Notes under the pieces: model-generated
Told to the model about the DNA's origin: nothing
Seen by the model: only the letters and a program-made list of their open reading frames with translations
Database searches by the model: none
Made by a program: the position numbers and the translations under genes
Part shown: in pieces, positions 10,071 through 17,534 of the stretch
Layout: the number at the start of each line of letters is the position of its first letter
How positions within the stretch are numbered: the stretch's first letter is position 1
NCBI GenBank assembly: GCA_000996085.1
Contig: LBYG01000001.1
Coordinates: 651 to 64,650, forward strand
From: Parcubacteria group bacterium GW2011_GWB1_40_14
GTDB taxonomy: Bacteria > Patescibacteriota > Minisyncoccia > Terrybacterales > GWB1-40-14
Length of the DNA stretch: 64,000 nucleotides
Direction of reading: 5' to 3'

Positions 10071-10367
10071 ATGTTTTTTCCGATCGCTCGTTTTGTTGTT
10101 GATGGTAAGAGCATGCAGCCAACGTTTCAAGAAGGCGAACATCTTTTAATTAATAAACTTTTATATAAAATAAAAAAACCCCAAAAAGGAGATATTATTG
10201 TTTTGCGTGATCCAAGAGACAAGCAAAGATTGTTATTAAAGCGCGTTTTTGAAATACAAAAAGATAAACTTGAAGTAATAAGCGACAATATAGACGGAAA
10301 TGACAGCAGAACCTTTGGTCCCGTAAATATAGAGAGCGTTGTCGGAAAAGTTTTTTTTCGATATTGA
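10071..10367 (+). CDS. sodX: Ni-SOD maturation protease (S26 family)
   Basis: GKSMQPT, LLKRV, SDN..DSRTFGPV; directly follows sodN. Confidence 0.88.
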   Translation: MFFPIARFVVDGKSMQPTFQEGEHLLINKLLYKIKKPQKGDIIVLRDPRDKQRLLLKRVFEIQKDKLEVISDNIDGNDSRTFGPVNIESVVGKVFFRY

Positions 10368-10372
10368 TATAT

Positions 10373-10402
10373 AAAAACCCCGATGTTGTGTCGGGGTTTT
10401 TT
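10373..10402. terminator. bidirectional terminator
   Basis: aaaaccccga..tcggggtttttt between convergent genes. Confidence 0.75.
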
Positions 10403-10406
10403 GGTA

Positions 10407-11471
10407 TTAAAACTTTATTTGCGGTTCAGTCCAGTTTTGTTCTGATGGGGTCGCTACGCTTGCAACAATTCTTTTGATTGCTTCCTCGGCAGTTCGGTTT
10501 TCATTTCCTGAACGCACTACACGCATATTGACACCTACGCGATGTGCAAGAACCGGAACTGCAAGAGCTCGGATATCTTGAGGAATTACATAATCTCTAT
10601 CATTCATGAAAGCATAGGCGCGTGCCGCGTCACGCAAAGCAAGAGTGCCGCGTGTTGAGGCGCCGTAATCCAGCATTCTTTCGGATTTTTCTTTAGCGAC
10701 TTCTTTGCGCGTGGCATCAATGATCGCGACAATATATTCTTCTATAAGCCTGTGCATGTATATGAATCCATCCTCAGATGGATTAATAGTTAGCGCCTGC
10801 TGAATATGTAAGATTTCATCACAACTTATGACCGGTCTAAGGTCGTGGATCGGATGATGATTTCTCTGGCTGGCCAGAATTTCAAGTTCAGCTTCTTTGC
10901 TTGGGTAACCCAGACTTAATCTGAGCATAAAGCGGTCCAATAAAGCTTCGGGCAGAACAAATGTGCCCTCTTGTTCTATCGGGTTTTGTGTCGCAATAAC
11001 TAAGTAGGGTTTAGGCACGTTGTAGGATATTCCGTCGATTGTGACCGTTTCTCTGGACATGGCCTCAAGAACAGCCGAATTAACTTTTGGCGGTGTTCGG
11101 TTTAGTTCATCATCTAAGACGATATTTCCGGTTGCAATCGGGCCAAGTTTAGGCTCAAATTCCTTTGTTTCCGGATTGTAGATGCTGATACCGGTTACAT
11201 CGCCGGGCATAAGATCAGGAGTGCCCTGAATCCTTTTGAAGACCGCAATTCCGCTTTCTCCAGCGCTGACAGAGCGGGCTAGAGATTCAGCTAGAATGCT
11301 TTTGCCTGTTCCAGGAATATCGTCGTAAAGTATATGTCCACGAGCCAAGAAACCAGCTAAAGTAAGCCGGATAACCTCTTCTTTATCTTTAATTACAGTG
11401 TTTAAATTGGCGATAAGCTTATTGATTTTTTCGACAGCCGTTTTGCGGTCGATGATGGGTGGGTTGCCCAT
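10407..11471 (-). CDS. MoxR-family AAA+ ATPase
   Basis: PGTGKS, RIQGTPDLMPGD, DELNR, ATQNPIEQEGT..LPEALLDRF. Confidence 0.93.
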   Translation of the reverse strand: MGNPPIIDRKTAVEKINKLIANLNTVIKDKEEVIRLTLAGFLARGHILYDDIPGTGKSILAESLARSVSAGESGIAVFKRIQGTPDLMPGDVTGISIYNPETKEFEPKLGPIATGNIVLDDELNRTPPKVNSAVLEAMSRETVTIDGISYNVPKPYLVIATQNPIEQEGTFVLPEALLDRFMLRLSLGYPSKEAELEILASQRNHHPIHDLRPVISCDEILHIQQALTINPSEDGFIYMHRLIEEYIVAIIDATRKEVAKEKSERMLDYGASTRGTLALRDAARAYAFMNDRDYVIPQDIRALAVPVLAHRVGVNMRVVRSGNENRTAEEAIKRIVASVATPSEQNWTEPQIKF

Positions 11472-11642
11472 TGCACTGCCTTTCATGTAAAGTCAAAGTG
11501 CAGATTTTCTAAAATAATATACTAACATACCAAAATAGTCAATATCGGTTAGGCCAAAAGCAAGGTTCAAATTATTCCATTACGCAATAAAACGATCCAT
11601 GTCATTTGCTGTATAGTTCGTTCCCGAAAAGAGTTGTTTTTA

Positions 11643-11671
11643 TTGACAAAATCATAAAAATAGTATATATT
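11643..11671 (+). promoter_or_regulatory. sigma70-type promoter of the sortase gene
   Basis: TTGACA-N17-TATATT. Confidence 0.55.
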
Positions 11672-11714
11672 TATTGAATAAAGAAGCAAAAACGATAAAA
11701 TAAAGCAGAAAAAT

Positions 11715-12470
11715 ATGATAAATTTGTTCAAAAATAAAATTCAGCAAGCGCCCCGCGTTTTTATAAGTGGAGCACTGGTTATTATTTTTGGATTTGTAAT
11801 TGGTTTTTTAACTGTTCCAACCTTAGTATCAATGGTCTGGGAAAAATTGGTAAGCAAAAGTATAGCTACTTCAATCGAAGACGGGGAAATTACAACCGGT
11901 ATAGTGCTGTCGGATTCTCAATTTGCCGCTTTAGTTAATTCTGTTAATGGCGTTCTTAAAACAAATGGAATAGCGCCTGTGATAAATAATAATATCTCTT
12001 CTGCGTCACAAAATAACTCAGCGACAAATATTAACTCCAAGACCGCTTCTTTACCCACAGCCAAACAGCCGCAAGTTAGACGATTGTATGTGCCAACGGC
12101 AAATACCGACTTGGCTATTGTTGAGGGCGCAAACGAAAAAGCTCTATTCAAAGGCGCGTGGCGTTCGCCATACGGCAGCACTCCTGAAAATGGAGGCAAT
12201 ACGATTCTTTTTGGGCATCGCTATTTACACCTTCCTCCGCGCAAAGATACATTGTTTAGTTTAGATAAAGTAAAAGTAGGGGATCCGTTTGAAATAAGTT
12301 GGGACGGTAGGACCTATAAATATAAAGTCGTCGAAGTCAAAGTAGTCAATCCGGACGATATTTCTGTTCTTAACCCAACAGCTAAGCCATCAGTAACTAT
12401 AATCACTTGTACTCCGGTATTTACCACCAAGTTTAGATTAGTAGTTCGAGGGGAACTTGTTTCAGAATAA
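11715..12470 (+). CDS. sortase
   Basis: N-terminal TM; GNTILFGHR, TIITCTP, RLVVRG (His/Cys/Arg triad). Confidence 0.9.
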   Translation: MINLFKNKIQQAPRVFISGALVIIFGFVIGFLTVPTLVSMVWEKLVSKSIATSIEDGEITTGIVLSDSQFAALVNSVNGVLKTNGIAPVINNNISSASQNNSATNINSKTASLPTAKQPQVRRLYVPTANTDLAIVEGANEKALFKGAWRSPYGSTPENGGNTILFGHRYLHLPPRKDTLFSLDKVKVGDPFEISWDGRTYKYKVVEVKVVNPDDISVLNPTAKPSVTIITCTPVFTTKFRLVVRGELVSE

Positions 12471-12505
12471 ACCCATTTTTTCATATTTATTAAAGGCGGT
12501 TTGTG

Positions 12506-12573
12506 CCAGGTAGTGAAAATTCGACCGTTCGCCAATGGCGAACAAAGGCTTAAGTCGAATTTCTACTACCTGG
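12506..12573. mobile_element. 68-nt CC..GG hairpin element with TGTG direct repeats
   Basis: tgtg|ccaggtag..tcgac..gtcga..ctacctgg|tgtg. Confidence 0.75.
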
Positions 12574-12590
12574 TGTGGTATAATATTCTT

Positions 12591-12881
12591 ATGGATATAG
12601 AATTTCTACAAACCGTTTTTTTTGTTGTCGCAATTATTTTCTTTATCATTGTGGGTGTTTTAGTTTTGCCCGCGCTTATCCGCATTAACCGGATTCTTAA
12701 GCGAGTCGATTCTATTTCCAAAGATCTTGTTGGTCCCGCAAAACATTTAGCTAAGGCCGCAGCTGCTTTACAGGAAAGCGCCATAGCCGCAGGAGTAGCT
12801 TATTTTATTAAAAAGGCGCATGATTTTATGGAAAACAGAACTGAAGATCATCATAATCAACCACCAAGAAGAGTGTTATAA
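12591..12881 (+). CDS. DUF948/YtxG-like membrane protein
   Basis: N-terminal TM then amphipathic helix; precedes a YtxH-like gene. Confidence 0.6.
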   Translation: MDIEFLQTVFFVVAIIFFIIVGVLVLPALIRINRILKRVDSISKDLVGPAKHLAKAAAALQESAIAAGVAYFIKKAHDFMENRTEDHHNQPPRRVL

Positions 12882-12910
12882 TATAAATAATAATTTTTAA
12901 GTTTAATTTT

Positions 12911-13312
12911 ATGGCCACTAAAAAATACATATACGAAAGCGATGCTTTAAAAGCAGCAAAGAAAACAGCTGCTTCAGCGGGAACATTAGCCGCGCTAGTT
13001 GGAGCGGCTGCCGGTTTTGCAGCGGTACTTTTCTCACCCAAATACGGGAAACAATTAAAATCAGAAGTTGGTTCAGTTGCCGAAGCCGTTAAAGCTCAGG
13101 TTGCAGCTGACGCGGCATTGCAGTTAAATAAAGTAAAAGTCATGTCAAAAACCGTATATGATGCAATAGTGCAGGAGGCTATGGCTGAATATAACAAAAG
13201 TTCAAGAATGGCCGAAAAGGATCTGAAAGTTATCGAAAAGGATCTTGATAAAAGATGGAAACATATTTTGCGTGTGGCTAAAGCAAGTCAGAAAAATTCT
13301 TCTGCAAAATAG
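12911..13312 (+). CDS. YtxH-like protein
   Basis: GAAAGFAAVLFSPKYGKQLK resembles the YtxH N-terminal motif. Confidence 0.65.
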   Translation: MATKKYIYESDALKAAKKTAASAGTLAALVGAAAGFAAVLFSPKYGKQLKSEVGSVAEAVKAQVAADAALQLNKVKVMSKTVYDAIVQEAMAEYNKSSRMAEKDLKVIEKDLDKRWKHILRVAKASQKNSSAK

Positions 13313-13331
13313 CTCCTTAATTTAGTGAACA

Positions 13332-14105
13332 ATGTTTATGGATTTGCAAGACAATTTAAAAAAGGTTTTGGCGGGAGCGCTTTTTATTTTTTTAATGGTT
13401 CTCTCCGGAAGCAAACTACTTGAAACCTTTATTGATTACACTAATTTTAAATCTCAAGTGCCCGAGAGAACTATTGCTATATCAGCCGAAGGTAAAGTTG
13501 ATGCCGTACCCGATGTTGCCACGCTTAATTTTTCTGTAGTAAGCCAAGGTAAGGATGCCCGGACAATTGAAGACAGCAACACTAAGAAAATGAATGCCGT
13601 TGTAGCATTTCTTAAAGAACAAGGCATTTCAGATCGCGACATCAAAACTACAAATTATAATTTGAATCCGCAATATGATTACAACAAATCTTCCAGTCAA
13701 ATAGGCGTGCCTTATCCGATAGTCGGGTATGTGCTTACACAAACTTTGACTGTAAAAGTTCATGAACTTGATAAGATAGGAACAATCTTGGAAGGAGCGA
13801 TATCCCAAGGCGTTAACGAGAGTGGCGGAGTAAGTTTTGATATAGAAGACCCCGATGAACTTAAAGCGCAAGCTCGTGCCGAAGCTTTTGCAAAAGCCAG
13901 AGAAAAAGCAGAAGCCTTGGTTGCACAAAGCGGCGCTCGTATCGGAAAAATAGTAAGTATATCCGAAAACGATTCTTATGTGCCATACCCGTATGCTTAT
14001 GGTATGGGGGGCGGGGCATTAGAGCGCGACGCGGTACCGCCTCAAATACAACCAGGAACTCAAGATGTCAGAATCACGGTAAATGTAGTTTTTGAACTAC
14101 TTTAA
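13332..14105 (+). CDS. SIMPL (DUF541) domain protein
   Basis: TIAISAEGKVDAVPDVA, DIKTTNYNLNPQYDY, PQIQPGTQDV. Confidence 0.92.
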   Translation: MFMDLQDNLKKVLAGALFIFLMVLSGSKLLETFIDYTNFKSQVPERTIAISAEGKVDAVPDVATLNFSVVSQGKDARTIEDSNTKKMNAVVAFLKEQGISDRDIKTTNYNLNPQYDYNKSSSQIGVPYPIVGYVLTQTLTVKVHELDKIGTILEGAISQGVNESGGVSFDIEDPDELKAQARAEAFAKAREKAEALVAQSGARIGKIVSISENDSYVPYPYAYGMGGGALERDAVPPQIQPGTQDVRITVNVVFELL

Positions 14106-14124
14106 ATAAGGACAATAATAGTTT

Positions 14125-14152
14125 AAAAGCCGTCTTTTTAAAGGCGGCTTTT
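14125..14152 (+). terminator. rho-independent terminator
   Basis: aaaagccgtc..ggcggctttt. Confidence 0.7.
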
Positions 14153-14174
14153 GTGTTAAAATAGTTTCATAATT

Positions 14175-15332
14175 ATGCGAGTTTCATACTCTAAACTTGA
14201 TACCTATAAGCAATGTCCGCGGAAATATAAGTTTTATATCGATAAGGCGCCGCAGGATCCTTCACGTACTTTGGCTTTGCGGTTTGGCAGTGCGGTCCAT
14301 GCCGCGTTGGAATTTGCTTACGCCAAAAGATATAAATATCCTTCTCCGGAAAGAGTAATTAATTATTACCGGGGTCTTATGCAACAGGAAAGCGATCCTC
14401 AAGTTTTAAAATTATTCGAGAAAGGAATACCGGCCCTTGAGAAATATTTGGCAAAAAATGAAGCTGCGCACATGAGCATTGTTGAAGTTGAAAAGAAATT
14501 TATGATCGAGATCGGACGAGGCCATCAACTCGAAGGTATTATAGACCGTCTTGATATGTTGCCGGACGGGTCTTTTGAGATAATAGATTATAAAACAGGA
14601 CAAATACCTGACGCTGAAAGCCTTTCGAAAAATTGGCAATTAGCCATTTATCAATTTGCTAAACAGCGCAAACTGCAGACAAGCCGTATTAAGGCAAGTT
14701 TGGTCTATATAGCTTTTGACGGCCATAAACTTACTTATCAATTCGGGAAAAACGAACTTGAGCGTATACATAGCGAAATTCTAGATCTGATAGCCAAAAT
14801 AGAAGCAGATAACGTTTATGCCCCACGCGTAAGCGCATTGTGCAATACCTGCGCTTATCAGCCTATTTGTCCGGCCTGGACGCATAAATATAATATTAAA
14901 GACCAGGTTTTAACAGGAAAAATAAAAGATACGGATGTTATAGATATCCAGTCAAAAATTGATAAATTATTAGTTTTAACTTCAACAATTAAAAAACTTG
15001 AGAAAGAATCAAAACAACTCAAAGAAATAGTCGCAATTTTTGGTAAAGAAAATAATATGACGCGACTTTTTTCTGATTTGGGGACAGTTTCATTGTCATT
15101 CCAGAAAAAACGCGCGTATGATGCCGCACGTATTGCCGAGGTGTTGCGCGAAAATTTATTGCGAAAGATAGTTAAAACTCTTGATACAAAAAAACTGGAG
15201 AAAGCCTTGCCTTATTTAACTCAAGAAGAAAGAAAGCAAATAGAAGCATTCACTACCGAAAAAGAATCGCATACCATTGCTGTGCGCCCGACCATAGAAG
15301 AAAATGAAGACGTTGAAGAGCTTCTGACATAA
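14175..15332 (+). CDS. PD-(D/E)XK nuclease, RecB/AddB/Cas4-like, with a probable Fe-S cluster
   Basis: SYSKL..CPRKY, GSAVHAALE, GIIDRLD..IIDYKTG, QLAIY, CNTCAYQPIC. Confidence 0.88.
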   Translation: MRVSYSKLDTYKQCPRKYKFYIDKAPQDPSRTLALRFGSAVHAALEFAYAKRYKYPSPERVINYYRGLMQQESDPQVLKLFEKGIPALEKYLAKNEAAHMSIVEVEKKFMIEIGRGHQLEGIIDRLDMLPDGSFEIIDYKTGQIPDAESLSKNWQLAIYQFAKQRKLQTSRIKASLVYIAFDGHKLTYQFGKNELERIHSEILDLIAKIEADNVYAPRVSALCNTCAYQPICPAWTHKYNIKDQVLTGKIKDTDVIDIQSKIDKLLVLTSTIKKLEKESKQLKEIVAIFGKENNMTRLFSDLGTVSLSFQKKRAYDAARIAEVLRENLLRKIVKTLDTKKLEKALPYLTQEERKQIEAFTTEKESHTIAVRPTIEENEDVEELLT

Positions 15333-15393
15333 TTTGATAAAAATATATAGCTAGGATAATATAGATTTAGTTCTTTAAGTTAAGAGGTATCCA

Positions 15394-15693
15394 ATGTCGG
15401 TTAATCTGAATGATGAGTGTCAAACAGAAAAGAAAATTGCGAACATCTTGAAGATAGCAGCTATTAAAGAAATTAAGAGAATAGGCTTTGACGAAGCATC
15501 TGAGAAATTAAGTTTATCTCGTACCGGTTTGAGGTTGATTTGGTCAAAGGAAAGATGGAAAGTTACTGAAGCTATTCGTGTTGCCGAAGCGCTTAATTTG
15601 CCGGCGCTAAAAAAGATGTTGCGCGTATTAGATAAAACTGACGGAAGATCAGGATCTGAAGAAGGGGATTATCCTGATTGGAAAATGCAATAA
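15394..15693 (+). CDS. hypothetical protein, possible HTH DNA-binding domain
   Basis: SD agaggt; EASEKLSLSRTGL...AIRVAEALNL resembles an XRE-like HTH. Confidence 0.6.
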   Translation: MSVNLNDECQTEKKIANILKIAAIKEIKRIGFDEASEKLSLSRTGLRLIWSKERWKVTEAIRVAEALNLPALKKMLRVLDKTDGRSGSEEGDYPDWKMQ

Positions 15694-15694
15694 G

Positions 15695-15774
15695 CCCAGT
15701 AGAGCTACCTCGACTGTTCCCTTTGGCGTCGCCAAAGGGAACAAAAACTAAAGTGTCGAGGTAATTCTACTGGG
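15695..15774. mobile_element. 80-nt CC..GG hairpin element with TAAG direct repeats
   Basis: taag|cccagtag..tcgac..gtcga..ctactggg|taag. Confidence 0.75.
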
Positions 15775-15810
15775 TAAGCCTCAATAATGAGGCTTTTAAT
15801 TTATGAAAGT

Positions 15811-15840
15811 AAAGCGGTCCGATTATTATCGGACCGCTAA
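15811..15840 (-). terminator. terminator of the 16085-15858 ORF
   Basis: agcggtccgat-tatt-atcggaccgct. Confidence 0.65.
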
Positions 15841-15857
15841 GTTCTTGTTTGTGGAAG

Positions 15858-16085
15858 TTACCTTACGTGAACTTCCGTAATGTTCGGGTATCCTTTAGGG
15901 ATCCAACGGTTTTCGGTGGGCTGACTTCGGCGGAACAGATATGCAGGTCCGCTGATTTGGTACGCGTCTTCGGTCTGCGCGACGACCAAGAACATGTTTC
16001 CATGCGCATCGGTTTCGGTTCGCCGAAGGACAACGTAATTCCCTAGGATGAGTTGAACAAAGAACGAAACAAGCTTCTTGAGCAT
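15858..16085 (-). CDS. small hypothetical protein
   Basis: own consensus promoter, SD gaagg and terminator. Confidence 0.6.
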   Translation of the reverse strand: MLKKLVSFFVQLILGNYVVLRRTETDAHGNMFLVVAQTEDAYQISGPAYLFRRSQPTENRWIPKGYPNITEVHVR

Positions 16086-16129
16086 CTGAGGTACCTTCTC
16101 TTACGTTACGAAGCTAGTGAGTTATTCAT

Positions 16130-16157
16130 ATTATATCATAAATAGAATTATTGTCAA
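16130..16157 (-). promoter_or_regulatory. consensus sigma70 promoter
   Basis: TTGACA-N16-TATAAT with an extended TG. Confidence 0.7.
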
Positions 16158-16160
16158 TAT

Positions 16161-17459
16161 TTAAGCTGATTCGGTTTTAGAACGTAATTTGTGATGATAG
16201 CTTTTAGCAAAACGATGCGATTCATCACGCGCGTGCATAAACATCAACAATATCGGGTTATTGTGCGATAAAGCATAAGGCTTTTTTTCGGTGGTTATAT
16301 ATAGCTCTTCCTGTCTTTTTGCTAAGCCGATTATTATCGGCATTTTTTTGAAAGGAATGTCATAAAGTTTTTGCCATTCAAGCAGAGTATTATTAACGGC
16401 GTTTACTTGTGGTCGCCCACCATCAATAAGAAATATATCGGGCAGAGGCCATTCTTTATAATGAGTAAGGCGCCGTCCCATTACTTCTTTATGCATCGCA
16501 ACATCGTTTGCGCCTTCAACCGTTTTTATGCGGAATTTTTTATATAAGGCTTTGATAGGTTTTTTGCCCATAAAAGATACCAAGGAGCCGGTGGCAGAGC
16601 CGCCTTGGATGTTTGAAATATCATAACCTTCAATGAGCCACTCAGAAACATCTTTTTTGGGGAGATATTCTAAAAGACTTTCGGGCAAACCGTTTAACGG
16701 CGAATTTTTATGTTCATGAGTCTGGTCTCCGATAATTTTTTTATGGGCATATATATTTTCTAAACCATTTATCTGATCGCGTAATTTTACAGCTTTTTCA
16801 AAATTTTCCAATTTTGCATATCCCAACATTTCTTTTTTAAGATTTTTTACAAGACGTTTAATTTCACCTTGCAGGATCCTTTTGATTGCTTCGATATTGT
16901 TTTGACAATTTTTGATCTCCTCCGAAGTAGGTTTTTCGGGGATTGGGCATAAGCCCAAAGTGTACCAAAGACAATTTTTTGGCATGTCTTTGTGCGTGCG
17001 GTACGGGAATATTTTGCGTAATAGTTTTAAGGTTCTTTTTAATGCGGCGCCATCTGTAAAAGGTCCTATATATTCCATTTCTATTTTATTGTTTGTTTTG
17101 GCGGGTTGGTGGGTAAGGAAAATGCGCGGACAGGTTTCTTCAGTAAACCCCACATAGAAATATTGTTTATCATCACGTAAGGAAACGTTGTAATAGGGTT
17201 TATGCTGTTTTATTAATTTTGCTTCTATTATCAAGGCTTCAATAGGCGATATTGTAGTTTGCCAAGTCAGTCGCGTTGCGCGTTCAACCAAGGTCACTTT
17301 TCTTGAGTCGGAATTCCCGGTATTGAAGTACGATCGTAATCGCGATTTAAGATTCGTCGCTTTGCCCACATAAATAATTGTATTTTTATCCCAAAAGAAA
17401 TATACGCCCGGCTCAGTAGGGGCTTTTTTCAGTATTTTATCGGCGTTTTCTTTGATCAT
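16161..17459 (-). CDS. uvrC: excinuclease ABC subunit C (short form)
   Basis: GIY-YIG PGVY..YVGKATNL, UVR domain FEKAVKLRD, EGYDISN, LIDGG, RDESHRFA. Confidence 0.93.
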   Translation of the reverse strand: MIKENADKILKKAPTEPGVYFFWDKNTIIYVGKATNLKSRLRSYFNTGNSDSRKVTLVERATRLTWQTTISPIEALIIEAKLIKQHKPYYNVSLRDDKQYFYVGFTEETCPRIFLTHQPAKTNNKIEMEYIGPFTDGAALKRTLKLLRKIFPYRTHKDMPKNCLWYTLGLCPIPEKPTSEEIKNCQNNIEAIKRILQGEIKRLVKNLKKEMLGYAKLENFEKAVKLRDQINGLENIYAHKKIIGDQTHEHKNSPLNGLPESLLEYLPKKDVSEWLIEGYDISNIQGGSATGSLVSFMGKKPIKALYKKFRIKTVEGANDVAMHKEVMGRRLTHYKEWPLPDIFLIDGGRPQVNAVNNTLLEWQKLYDIPFKKMPIIIGLAKRQEELYITTEKKPYALSHNNPILLMFMHARDESHRFAKSYHHKLRSKTESA

Positions 17460-17534
17460 GAGCTGAATCGCTTATGCTTGCTTATAACACTAAAAACTTG
17501 TATAATACATGATTTCTAAGCGACTATTTATATT

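Noticed and set aside
12501-12590. N-terminal extension of the DUF948-like ORF
   Set aside because: It is the translated hairpin element and promoter; ATG 12591 fits better
14175-15332. Cas4 of a CRISPR-Cas locus
   Set aside because: No cas1/cas2 or repeat-spacer array in the window
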